64,000 nucleotides of DNA from Candidatus Spongiihabitans sp. (GCA_965261335.1 OZ253450.1:892347-956346), one strand, 5' to 3'; positions 1-10,571 are shown, counted from the first letter of the stretch. Translations and numbers: made by a program. Notes: generated by a model from the sequence alone, not told the origin.

Positions 1-3000
1 CATATGGAGAAGTACCACCATTGGGGGAGGTAATCTCGGGGGTCGGATTAACGACAAGGGTCAAATCGCGTTGATGGTTTTTTAAATATAAATAATCACT
101 CGTCAGTGATATGCGAATACTATATGAAGTTCTTCCAGCAGGCAGTGCTTCTCTTACGGTCAGAACCCCGTTATTTAGACTAAAGAAACGAGCATCATCT
201 CCGATCAGCACATAAGACAGGGATTGAGCGTTAAGAACCGTGTTTTGAGCGGCAATGGTTGCTATCTTATCACCTACTGCAGCCACACTACTGCCCACCT
301 GAAATGTGAGACTTTCTGGTAATGCCTCATCTGCGGGTAATGCCGCATCGACAATATACCAAGCACCTAGGTTTTGGTTAAAGGCAGTGGCACCCTCAAA
401 CATATCCTCCATATCCGTTACTTTCCTAACATCCCAACGGCTTATGTCTTGGTTAAAGGCAGTGGCTCCAGAAAACATTTCCTCCATAATTTCAACATTG
501 CTGACATCCCAATCGCCGATATCTTGGTTAAAGTCGTTAGCATACTCAAACATCTCACCCATACTGGTGACCCCGCTGACATCCCAGTCGCCAATGTCTT
601 GGTTAAAGGCTCTGGCACGCTTAAACATTTCCGACATATCCGTTACCCGAGACAAATCAGGTCGGTCGGTTGCTTTTCCAATCAGTCCGTTCAGACTTCC
701 AAAAGCAGCTGCCATTGAAGTCCATTGCTGACTTCCCCATTGGTTGATGGCGATGACACTGAGCGAATTTATGGTGAACATAGCAAAGGTGCTATGAAAA
801 TCTAGCCGTGGGAAGGTGCCACTGATACGGACTTCATAATCATCTTCACGGGCATAAGTATGCTTGGCATTGCCAGAATAGGTCGTCGCTGTATCTGTGC
901 TGCCATCGCCCCAATCAACGGTGTAATTGTACGTTTCATCAACCTCGCCTGCTATATTCGTGAAGGTTGGAATGGTAATAGTCTGACCTGCCGTTACCCG
1001 CCAAGTGGTAACGAAGTCGTCTGTTGATAGCGGGTTATCACTAACGGTAATGGTAAATGTTTTGGAAAAATCAACTTCACCGTCATTAACATTGATTCTG
1101 ATGCTGTAGCTTGATTTATCTGCGGCGGGTGTGTCCTTTATTCTTAAACTGGCACCATCAATTGTGAACGCTGAGTTGTCGGCATCACCCGTTCCAGCAA
1201 CCAATGTGTATGTGTATATTTCACCCGCATCTACACCATTACTAGACAATAACCCAACCCGCCTGTTAGCTGGTGCATCACGCACCACTTTTGTTGAAGA
1301 AAGTACAATGCCGGTGGGCGGCTCGTTGACTGGCGTGATTGTTACGATAATGGTTTGCGTGGCAGTCGATACTCCGTCCGATACGGAGACCAGAACGCTA
1401 TATTCTTGGTCTGAATTCTGGTCAATATTACCTTGTGCATCCCTTGGGCTTTCATAATTTGGAATATATTCGTCTTTGAATCTTAGTGTTCTTGTGCTTC
1501 CTGTTCCAGTTATCTCAAACAAATCAGAATCATACCTAGAAATAGAATAGGTCAAAGTATCATTGGTATCCCTATCCGTCGCGACGATGGTGGTTACTGT
1601 CTGTATGTTTTCAGGGAGTGTTATTAAACCACCATTGGGGGCGGTAATCTCGGGGGACGGATTAACGACAAGGGTCAAGTCTCGGTGATTGTTTGTTCCG
1701 AATAAACCAGTAGCCGCCGCTGATATTCGAATGCTATATGAAGTTCTTCCAGCAGGCAGTGCTTCTCTTACGGTCAGAACCCCGTTATTTAGACTAAAGA
1801 AACGAGCATCATCTCCGCTCAGCGTATAAGCAGGAGATTGACCATTAAGAACTGTGTTTTGAGCGGCAATGGTTGCTATCTTATCACCTGCTACACCCAC
1901 ACTGCCCACCTGAAATGTGAGACTTTCTGGCAATGCCTCATCTGCGGGTAATGCCGCATCGACAATATACCAAGCACCTAGGTTTTGGTTTTGGTTAAAG
2001 GCAGTGGCATCCTCAAACACACCCCCCATTTCCGTTACTTTCCTAACATCCCAATCGCCAATGTCTTGGTTAAAGTCGGCGGCATCACGAAACATAAGTG
2101 ACATATTGATCACATTGCTGACATCCCAACGGCTAATGTCTTGGTTAAAGTCGGCGGCATCACGAAACATATGTGACATATTGGTCACATTGCTGACATC
2201 CCAACCGCCAATGTCTTGGTTAAAGGCAGCGGCATGCTGAAACAGAGCACTCATATCAGTTACACCACTAACATCCCAGTCGCCAATGTCTTGGTTAAAG
2301 ACAACGGCATTCTCAAACATTCCCCTCATATCCGTTACCAAAGATAAATCAGGCTCATCGGTTGCTTGTCCTGCTAGGTTGGTCGCTCCTTCAAAAGCAG
2401 ATCGCATTGAACTCCATTGCCCCGTTCCCCATTGGTTGATGGCGATGATACTGTTGGAATCATAATTGCCAGAACCAGCATTAAAATGAATACGCGGGAA
2501 GGTGCCGCTGATGCGAACGGTATAAGTCCCTGCATCGTCATACTCATGCATGGTGTTGCCGGTATATGTCGTTGCATCCATGCCTCCATCACCCCAGTTG
2601 ACGGTGTAACTATAGCCACTGCCTGTTGTTGGAATGACAACAATCTTTCTACTGTCCGTTACCCGCCAAGTGGTAACAAAGTCATCTGTTGATAGCGGGT
2701 TATCACTAACGGTAATGGTAAATGTTTTGGAAAAATCATGTACTCCATCATTAACATTGATTCTGATGTTGTAGTCTTGTTTATCTGCGGCAGGCGTGTT
2801 CTTTATTCTTAAACTGGTGCCATCAATCGTGAATAATGCGTTGTCGGCATCACCCGTTCCAGCAACCAATGTGTATGTGTATATTTCACCCGCATCTACA
2901 TCGTTATTAGACAATAGACCAACCCGTCTGTTAGCCGTTGCATCACGCGACACGGCTGTTGAATAAATCTCAATATCCGTAGGCGGCTCGTTGACTGGTG

Positions 3001-6000
3001 CGATTGTTACGATGATGGTTTGCGTGTCGGTCGATATTCCGTCCGATACGGAGACCAATACCCTATATTCTTGGTCTGCGTTTTGGTCAATATTACCTTG
3101 CGCGTCCCTTGGGTTCTCATAATCTGGAATATATTCGTCTTTGAAACTTAATGCTCTTGTATTCCCTGTTTCAGTTATCTCAAACAAATCAGAATCATAC
3201 CTAGAAATAGAATAGGTCAAAGTATCATTTGTATCCGCATCCGTCGCGGTGATGACGATTCCTATCTGTGTGTTTTCGGGGAGCGTTATTTCATATGGAG
3301 AAGCACCACCATTGGGGGAGGTAATCTCGGGGGACGGATTAACGACAAGGGTCAAGTCTCGGTGATTGTTTGTTCCGAATAAACCAGTAGCCGCCACTGA
3401 TATTCGAATGCTATATGAAGTTCTTCCAGCAGGTAGCGCTTCTCTTACGGTCAGAACCCCGTTATTTAGACTAAAGAAACGAGCATCATCTCCGCTCAGC
3501 GTATAAGCAGGAGATTGACCGTTAAGAGCCGTGTTTTGAGCGGCAATGGTTACTATCTCATCACCTGCTACACCCACACTGCCCACCTGAAATGTGAGAC
3601 TTTCTGGCAATGCCTCATCTGCGGGTAATGCCGCATCGACAATATACCAAGCACCTAGGTTTTGGTTAAAGGCAGTGGCACCCGAAAACATATTGTTCAT
3701 ATACGTTACGCCACGCACATCCCAACGGCTTATGTCTTGGTTAAAGGCAGTGGCACCCTCAAACATATTGTTCATATTGGTCACATTGCTGACATCCCAA
3801 TCACCAATATCTTGGTTAAATTTGCTAGCATCACTAAACATACCATACATATGCATATCATACATATCCGTTCCCCGAGACAAATCAGGTCGGTCGGTTG
3901 CTTGTCCCATCAGGTTGGTCGCTCCAGAAAAAGCAGATCCCATTGAACTCCATACCCCCGTTCCCCATTGGTTGATGGCGATGATGCTGTTGGAATTAGC
4001 ATTGCCAGGATAAGCATTAAAATAAATACTCGGGAAGTCGCCACTAATACGGACTTTATAATCACCTGCCTCAGCGTAAGTATGCGTGGCGTTGCCGTCA
4101 TATACGTTGTTGTCTTCTGCTTCACTATCGCCCCAATCAACGGTGTAATTATAGTCACTACCACTTGTTGGAATGGTGATCGTCTGACCTGCTGTTACGC
4201 GCCAAGTGGTAACGAAGTCATCGTCTGTAACGGTAATGGTGAATTTTTCTGCAAAATCATGTACTCCATCACTGACTTGGATTCTGATGTTGTAATCTAA
4301 TTTATCTGTGGGGGGTGTGGCTTTTATTCTTAAACTGGTGCCATCAATCGTGAAGAATGCGTTGTCGGCATCACCATCTCCGTCAACCAATGTATATGTG
4401 TATATTTCACCTTCATCTACATCGTTATTAGACAATAGACCAACCCGCCTATTAGCCATTGCATCACTAGCCACTACTGTTGAAGTAAGCCTAATCTCGG
4501 TCGTGGCTGTTTCGTCGACTGGCGTGATTGTTACGATAATGGTTTGCGTGGCGGTCGATACTCCGTCCGATACGGAGACCAATACCCTATATTCTTGGTC
4601 TTCATTGTGATCTATATTACCTTGTGCGTCCCTTGGGCTTTCATAATCTGGAATATACTCGTCTTTGAATATTAATTCTCCTGCGTTATTTATCTCAAAC
4701 AGTTCGGCATCGTCATTTGAAATCGTATAGGTCAAAGTATTCATATCCGTATCCATCGCGGTGATGACGATTCCTATCTGTGTGTTTTCGGTGAGCGTTA
4801 TTGCATATGGAGAAGTACCACCATTGGGGGAGGTAATCTCGGGGGACGGATTAACGACAAGGGTCAAGTCTCGGTGATTGTTTGTTCCGAATAAACCAGT
4901 AGCCGCCGCTGATATTCGAATGCTATATGAAGTTCTTCCAGCAGGTAGCGCTTCTCTTACGGTCAGAACCCCGTTATTTAGACTAAAGAAACGAGCATCA
5001 TCTCCGCTCAGCGTATAAGCAGGAGATTGACCGTTAAGAGCCGTGTTTTGAGCGGCAATGGTTACTATCTCATCACCTGCTACACCCACACTGCCCACCT
5101 GAAATGTGAGACTTTCTGGCAATGCCTCATCTGCGGGTAATGCCGCATCGACAATATACCAAGCACCTAGGTTTTGGTTAAAGGCAGTGGCACCCGAAAA
5201 CATATTGTTCATATACGTTACGCCACGCACATCCCAACGGCTTATGTCTTGGTTAAAGGCAGTGGCACCCTCAAACATATTGTTCATATTGGTCACATTG
5301 CTGACATCCCAATCACCAATATCTTGGTTAAATTTGCTAGCATCACTAAACATACCATACATACGCATATCATACATATCCGTTCCCCGAGACAAATCAG
5401 GTCGGTCGGCTGCTTGTCCCATCAGGTTGGTCGCTCCAGAAAAAGCAGATCCCATTGAACTCCATACCCCCGTTCCCCATTGGTTGATGGCGATGATGCT
5501 GTTGGAATTAGCATTGCCAGGATAAGCATTAAAATAAATACTCGGGAAGTCGCCGCTGATACGGACTTTATAATCACCTGCCTCAGCGTAAGTATGCGTG
5601 GCGTTGCCGTCATATACGTTGTTGTCTTCTGCTTCACTATCGCCCCAATCAACGGTGTAATTATAGTCACTACCACTTGTTGGAATGGTGATCGTCTGAC
5701 CTGCTGTTACGCGCCAAGTGGTAACGAAGTCGTCTGTTGATAGTGGGCTATCGCTAACGGTAATGGTGAATCTTTTGGAAAAATCATGTACTCCATCACT
5801 GACTTGGATTCTGATGTTGTAGCTTAATCTATCTGCGGCAGGCGTGTTCTGTATTCTTAAACTGGTGCCATCAATTGTGAACGCTGAGTTGTCGGTATCA
5901 CCATCTCCGTCAATCAATGTATATGTATATACGAATGTTTCACCTTCATCTACACCATTATTAGACAATAACCCAACCCGCCTGTTAGCCGTTGCATCAC

Positions 6001-7345
6001 GCGCCACTGCTACCGCAGAAAGTGCAATATCCGTAGTCGCTTCGTTGACTGGTGCGATTGTTACGATAATGGTTTGCGTGTCGGTCGATATTCCGTCCGA
6101 TACGGAGACTAGAACGCTATATTCTTGGTCTGCGTTTTGGTCAATATTACCTTGCGCGTCCCTTGGGTTCTCATAATCTGGAATATGCTCGGCTTTGAAG
6201 CTTAATTCTCCTGCGTTATTTATCTCAAACAGTTCGGCATCGTCATTTGAAATCGTATAGGTCAAAGTATCCGTATCCATCGCGGCGATGGTGGTTACTG
6301 TCTGTATGTTTTCTGCCAGCGTTATTTCATATGGAGAAGCACCACCATTGGGGGAGGTAATCACGGGGGACGGATTAACGACAAGGGTCAAATCTCGGTG
6401 ATTGTTTGTTCCGAATAAACCAGTAGCCGCCGCTGATATTCGAATGCTATATGAAGTTCTTCCAGCAGGCAGTGCTTCTCTCACGGTCAGAACCCCGTTA
6501 TTTAGACTAAAGAAACGAGCATCATCTCCGCTCAGCGTATAAGCAGGAGATTGACCGTTAAGAACCGTGTTTTGAGCGGCAATGGTTGCTATCTCATCAC
6601 CTGCTACACCCACACTGCCCACCTGAAATGTGAGACTTTCTGGTAATGCCTCATCTGCGGGTAATGCCGCATCGACAATATACCAAGCACCTAGATTTTG
6701 GTTTTGGTTAAAGGCAGTGGCACCCACAAACATTATGAACATATTGGTCACATTACGAACATCCCAGCCACTGATGTCTTGGTCAAAGTCAGCTGCCCCA
6801 TTAAACATATTCTCCATATTGGTCACATTGCTGACATCCCAATCACCAATATCTTGGTTAAAGTTTCTAGCATTACTAAACATACCCCACATATCTGTTA
6901 CCCGAGACAAATTAGGTCGATCGGTTGCTTGTCCTTCTAGGTTGGTCGCTCCGGCAAAAGCATTTCGCATTGAAGTCCATTGCTGACTCCCCCATTGGTT
7001 GATGGCGATAATGCTGTTGGAATTATCATTGCCAGAACCAGCACCAAAATAAATACGCGGGAAGTTGCCGCTGATGCGAACGGTATAAGTCCCTGCAGCG
7101 TCATACTCATGCGTGGCGTCGCCGGTCTGGCTAGTACTGGTCTCTTCATCGCCCCAATTAACACGGTAATCGTAGCCCATACCTCCTGTTGGAATGACAA
7201 CAATCTTCCTACTGTCCGTTACCCGCCAAGTGGTAACGAAGTCGTCTGTATCGTCAGCCTGTATCGGATTGGTGATAACCAACAGCACGAAAAAGGTGAC
7301 GTGCCCAATGAGAAAAACCAATCGTACCAATTCAATCAACTGCAC
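1..7345 (-). CDS. Secreted DUF285 (BspA-like) / cadherin-like repeat surface protein, 3' end outside the window; paralog of 29506..41793
   Basis: Not in the ORF track, presumably because no stop lies in the window. A GTG at 7345 aligns with the ATG of the paralog at 41793 and gives the same signal peptide ([40 protein letters not shown]). Five FVTTW+DUF285 modules recur every ~1.5-1.7 kb, and the antisense shadow ORFs at 306/1917/3594/5106/6630 share one frame, consistent with an uninterrupted reading frame. Confidence 0.9.
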   Translation of the reverse strand, partial: MQLIELVRLVFLIGHVTFFVLLVITNPIQADDTDDFVTTWRVTDSRKIVVIPTGGMGYDYRVNWGDEETSTSQTGDATHEYDAAGTYTVRISGNFPRIYFGAGSGNDNSNSIIAINQWGSQQWTSMRNAFAGATNLEGQATDRPNLSRVTDMWGMFSNARNFNQDIGDWDVSNVTNMENMFNGAADFDQDISGWDVRNVTNMFIMFVGATAFNQNQNLGAWYIVDAALPADEALPESLTFQVGSVGVAGDEIATIAAQNTVLNGQSPAYTLSGDDARFFSLNNGVLTVREALPAGRTSYSIRISAAATGLFGTNNHRDLTLVVNPSPVITSPNGGASPYEITLAENIQTVTTIAAMDTDTLTYTISNDDAELFEINNAGELSFKAEHIPDYENPRDAQGNIDQNADQEYSVLVSVSDGISTDTQTIIVTIAPVNEATTDIALSAVAVARDATANRRVGLLSNNGVDEGETFVYTYTLIDGDGDTDNSAFTIDGTSLRIQNTPAADRLSYNIRIQVSDGVHDFSKRFTITVSDSPLSTDDFVTTWRVTAGQTITIPTSGSDYNYTVDWGDSEAEDNNVYDGNATHTYAEAGDYKVRISGDFPSIYFNAYPGNANSNSIIAINQWGTGVWSSMGSAFSGATNLMGQAADRPDLSRGTDMYDMRMYGMFSDASKFNQDIGDWDVSNVTNMNNMFEGATAFNQDISRWDVRGVTYMNNMFSGATAFNQNLGAWYIVDAALPADEALPESLTFQVGSVGVAGDEIVTIAAQNTALNGQSPAYTLSGDDARFFSLNNGVLTVREALPAGRTSYSIRISAAATGLFGTNNHRDLTLVVNPSPEITSPNGGTSPYAITLTENTQIGIVITAMDTDMNTLTYTISNDDAELFEINNAGELIFKDEYIPDYESPRDAQGNIDHNEDQEYRVLVSVSDGVSTATQTIIVTITPVDETATTEIRLTSTVVASDAMANRRVGLLSNNDVDEGEIYTYTLVDGDGDADNAFFTIDGTSLRIKATPPTDKLDYNIRIQVSDGVHDFAEKFTITVTDDDFVTTWRVTAGQTITIPTSGSDYNYTVDWGDSEAEDNNVYDGNATHTYAEAGDYKVRISGDFPSIYFNAYPGNANSNSIIAINQWGTGVWSSMGSAFSGATNLMGQATDRPDLSRGTDMYDMHMYGMFSDASKFNQDIGDWDVSNVTNMNNMFEGATAFNQDISRWDVRGVTYMNNMFSGATAFNQNLGAWYIVDAALPADEALPESLTFQVGSVGVAGDEIVTIAAQNTALNGQSPAYTLSGDDARFFSLNNGVLTVREALPAGRTSYSIRISVAATGLFGTNNHRDLTLVVNPSPEITSPNGGASPYEITLPENTQIGIVITATDADTNDTLTYSISRYDSDLFEITETGNTRALSFKDEYIPDYENPRDAQGNIDQNADQEYRVLVSVSDGISTDTQTIIVTIAPVNEPPTDIEIYSTAVSRDATANRRVGLLSNNDVDAGEIYTYTLVAGTGDADNALFTIDGTSLRIKNTPAADKQDYNIRINVNDGVHDFSKTFTITVSDNPLSTDDFVTTWRVTDSRKIVVIPTTGSGYSYTVNWGDGGMDATTYTGNTMHEYDDAGTYTVRISGTFPRIHFNAGSGNYDSNSIIAINQWGTGQWSSMRSAFEGATNLAGQATDEPDLSLVTDMRGMFENAVVFNQDIGDWDVSGVTDMSALFQHAAAFNQDIGGWDVSNVTNMSHMFRDAADFNQDISRWDVSNVINMSLMFRDAADFNQDIGDWDVRKVTEMGGVFEDATAFNQNQNLGAWYIVDAALPADEALPESLTFQVGSVGVAGDKIATIAAQNTVLNGQSPAYTLSGDDARFFSLNNGVLTVREALPAGRTSYSIRISAAATGLFGTNNHRDLTLVVNPSPEITAPNGGLITLPENIQTVTTIVATDRDTNDTLTYSISRYDSDLFEITGTGSTRTLRFKDEYIPNYESPRDAQGNIDQNSDQEYSVLVSVSDGVSTATQTIIVTITPVNEPPTGIVLSSTKVVRDAPANRRVGLLSSNGVDAGEIYTYTLVAGTGDADNSAFTIDGASLRIKDTPAADKSSYSIRINVNDGEVDFSKTFTITVSDNPLSTDDFVTTWRVTAGQTITIPTFTNIAGEVDETYNYTVDWGDGSTDTATTYSGNAKHTYAREDDYEVRISGTFPRLDFHSTFAMFTINSLSVIAINQWGSQQWTSMAAAFGSLNGLIGKATDRPDLSRVTDMSEMFKRARAFNQDIGDWDVSGVTSMGEMFEYANDFNQDIGDWDVSNVEIMEEMFSGATAFNQDISRWDVRKVTDMEDMFEGATAFNQNLGAWYIVDAALPADEALPESLTFQVGSSVAAVGDKIATIAAQNTVLNAQSLSYVLIGDDARFFSLNNGVLTVREALPAGRTSYSIRISLTSDYLYLKNHQRDLTLVVNPTPEITSPNGGTSPY

Positions 7346-7388
7346 TTGGATGCCTTACAAGAGTCGAGTACAAATTAGACCGCACACA

Positions 7389-8537
7389 ATAGCCTCTGTC
7401 GCAGACCGCCTGTTTGATGGGTTTTGTTCTGTTGCTATTGGCTTGTTTTATCGTATCGGGTAGGGTTTTTGCATCATGCTGGTTTTTCTTATGGCTGACA
7501 ACGCCGACAATGATGTTACTGTCTTTGCCCGAGACGATGGATACTTTGTTGCCGTATTCATAGCGTTTGTGGTCTTTGCCTTTAGAAATCACATAAGCAT
7601 GGGGGTCGTGCAGGGAATAAATTTTATTTTTGTCTTTGGGTTGTTGTGCCCCACGCCTGCTTATAAAAGGCCGCTGATAAAACAAGAAGTCTGGTTGATA
7701 GGTTTCAAGCAGTCCGTGTTGGGGTAGTTTTCTTTGTAGTTCTCGGATTAAAATATGAGCAATGGTTCGCAATCGTTTCAATGCCTTTTTAGCGGATGCG
7801 CACTTTTTAACATGGCGGAAGTGGCGAATGCGTAAGCGGCAGTTTTTAACTTCTTTTACAAAGGTTCTGCGTTGTTTGATGCCCTGTTTTTTCGCCAATT
7901 TGTTGAGACGGTTGATAATTTTGATGGCTAGTTTAGAATCAGTCGGATAGGTGATGTTTTTTTCCTGTACGGTGGTGTCAATCAAAACAGTGTTTTCATT
8001 GGCTTTTTTGCCGTGCAACATCACACTCATCTTAAAAATGAGTTCAAAACCGGCGACACCGATTCTGTTTCTTGCAATGCACCAGTTCGGTTGCATTGCA
8101 AGGCACGTTTGGGGTGTAGGTTGGATAACCGCAGAAGTATTGATAATACGGATTACGCTTGAACTGTAAGACCACATTCTCATCGGACAGGTTTTCCAGT
8201 TGTTTGAGCATCAGCAACCCGACCATTAAGCGTATTGGTTTTGAGGGTCTGCCGTTATCGTGGCAATAGTGTTTGCTAAATGCATCCTCGAAGACCTTCC
8301 AGTCGATGACGTTGGCTAATTGGATTAAAGGGTCTCGTGGGTCTAATTGAGAGAACAATTCGGTGTGAAACAGATTTTGTTGCCCTGTGTTTGGGGTAGA
8401 TGGAGTCAGCATAATTTTTTAACTAAAACGACCAAAAAACAACGGTTATTCTAACATAAAGCGGTTGATTTGGTTAATGGTTTTGTTTGTTTTATTGATA
8501 TAAATCAAACTCTTTAGATGTTTTTAAGGGCTGACTA
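7389..8537 (-). mobile_element. IS5-family element, frameshifted and 3'-truncated transposase pseudogene
   Basis: ORFs 8044..8412 (GRPSKPIRLMVGLLMLKQLENLSDE) and 7332..8183 (IDTTVQEKNITYPTD, YEYGNKVSI, AVCDRGY) are two halves of an IS5-type DDE transposase. Homology stops right after DRGY. Terminal sequence TAGTCAGCCCTTAAAAAC at 8537-8520. Confidence 0.88.
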
Positions 8538-8557
8538 AGTAGTCAGCCCTTAAAAAC
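8520..8557. repeat. Perfect 18-bp inverted repeat formed by two head-to-head IS5-type ends
   Basis: GTTTTTAAGGGCTGACTA-AG-TAGTCAGCCCTTAAAAAC. Confidence 0.85.
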
Positions 8558-9590
8558 CGGCGAATTGCAACCCATAAGTGCAACACTCAGGTTTATATTA
8601 TGATCTTAACCATTGCGTGGGAAAAGACCTCCCAAGGGGTTTTATACTCCAAACATTTTCTAGATCGGTTGTTCATTAAATCGGTCGCTTTGAACCGCTC
8701 TTTTTCGGTGACTTTATGCAAAGGCATTTTCTTTGGAAAAAATTGCCTGAGTAAAAAATATGAGCAAGCCATTGTGCCAGATGATTATTTGGCATTCAAG
8801 CCACGCTCCCAAGAGTGATACGGTTTAGCAAAATAAGTTTCACACTCGAGTTGTTTGGCAAGCTCACTATGCCAACAAAATTCCCTGCCGTTATCAAAGG
8901 TTAGTGTCATTACATGTTGTTTCATATGCTTTAACAACCTGAGTATAGCCGCGTTGGTTTCTTTTGCGGTTTTGTTCTTAGTCCGAAGTGCGAGATAAAG
9001 CCTACTTTTGCGTTCAGCAAGGGTGGCAAACACCCCTTGACGACCCTTACCGATAACACAATCAGCCTCCCAATCGCCTATACGCGAACGATTGCCCACT
9101 ATACTGGGTCTATCCGCAATATCAACCCGATTGAGGATGCGTCCGCGGTAATCGTTCTGTCCATAACGCTTGCGATATTTCTTACCCTGATGGCGCAAGT
9201 ATCGATATAACGACCCATCCGCTACTTTGTCTTTCAAAATGAGACGATAGATGGATGGTGCTAATACTGATGTTTTCCTCCATTCTCAAACGACCGCTAA
9301 TTTGTTCAGGACTCCAATACAGCGCGATCTTTTGTTGAATATGAAGATTTAACTCGTCATTGAGTTTGATGTGCTTGGGCTTTTGCTGATGCCGCGTTTG
9401 GGCAAAGCGGTGGGCTTGTTTGTAGCGATAGCCGTTGCCCCCGGTATTGCGTTTAATTTCACTGCTGATGGTTGACTTAACTTCTGCCCATGGTTTTAGC
9501 GATTCCTGTCAGTGTACAGTTTTGCTTATTCATGAGGTAAATGTGGTATCTTTCGTGTTCAGTCAAATGGGTACACTCGTACTCTTTTAA
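8558..9590 (-). mobile_element. IS30-family element copy A, transposase pseudogene
   Basis: N-terminus YTHLTEHERYHIY near 9575; core motifs GDWEADCVIG, TLTFDNGREF, PYHSWERGLN; split over several frames; end sequence GGCGAATTGCAACCCATAAGTGCAACA at ~8559. Confidence 0.9.
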
Positions 9591-9600
9591 CTGAACGGAA

Positions 9601-10455
9601 AAAATGGAGGAAAACATCAGTATTAGCACCGAATCCATCTATCGTCTCATTTTGAAAGACAAAGTAGCGGATGGGTCGTTGCATCGATACTTGCGCCATA
9701 ATGGGCTTGTCGGAAAATGGGTTTTTTAGCTTGTTGTAAATACTTAAGTCATTGTTATTAAAGATTTTATTTTCTTAAAATTGAACTGATTTTGAATTAA
9801 CCGACAAGTCCATAAGGGTAAGAAATATCGCAAGCGTTATGGACAGAACGATTACCGTGGACGCATCCCCAATCGGGTTGATATTGCTGATAGACCCAGT
9901 ATAGTGGACAATCGTTCGCGTATAGGCGTAGTGATAGAGGGGGGAGGCTGATTGTGTTATCGGTAAGGGTCGTCAAGGGGTGTTTGCCACCCTTGCTGAA
10001 CGCAAAAGTAGGCTTTATCTCGCACTTCGGACTAAGAACAAAACCGCAAAAGAAACCAACGCGGCTATACTCAGGTTGTTAAAGCATATGAAACAACATG
10101 TAATGACACTAACCTTTGATAACGGCAGGGAATTTTGTTGGCATAGTGAGCTTGCCAAACAACTCGAGTGTGAAACTTATTTTGCTAAACCGTACCACTC
10201 TTGGGAGCGTGGCTTGAATGCCAAATAATCATCTGGCACAATGGCTTGCTCATACTTTTTGCTCCGGCAGTTTTTTCCAAAGAGAATGCCTTTGCATAAA
10301 GTCACCGAAAAAGAGCGGTTCAAAGCGACCGATTTAATGAATAACCGACCTAGAAAATGTTTGGGATATAAAACCCTTATGGAGGTCTTTTCCCACGCAA
10401 TGGGAATAGATCATAATATAAACCCGAGTGTTGCACTTATGGGTTGAATTCGCCA
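9601..10455 (+). mobile_element. IS30-family element copy B, 5'-truncated pseudogene, inverted relative to copy A
   Basis: ORFs 9980..10228 and 10241..10447 (LLRQFFPK, NNRPRKCLGYKT) match copy A; ends in TGTTGCACTTATGGGTTGAATTCGCCA. Confidence 0.9.
9702..9812. mobile_element. 111-bp MITE inserted in IS30 copy B
   Basis: 12-bp terminal inverted repeats TGGGCTTGTCGG / CCGACAAGTCCA (1 mismatch), flanked by TAA direct repeats (9699-9701, 9813-9815); AT-rich non-coding interior; absent at the equivalent site in copy A. Confidence 0.85.
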
Positions 10456-10475
10456 CCGTCATTTTCAATTATCCA

Positions 10476-10552
10476 TTGTTCCTCGCCTACGGGGTAATCG
10501 GAGCGAATGAAGCCACACTCCCGAGCGGTGACTACCCAGAAGCGAGGAATAA
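10476..10552 (-). other. Structured 3'-UTR element downstream of the autotransporter (second copy ~46559..46637)
   Basis: Outer stem TTGTTCCTCGC / GCGAGGAATAA with inner pairing GGGTAATC / GACTACCC; retained behind both autotransporter genes. Confidence 0.45.
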
Positions 10553-10571
10553 CAGCACACTCGATAGGCGA

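Noticed and set aside
7332-8183. 283-aa ORF as an intact or novel fusion protein
   Set aside because: It is the frameshifted, truncated second half of the IS5 transposase reading into the neighbouring leader.
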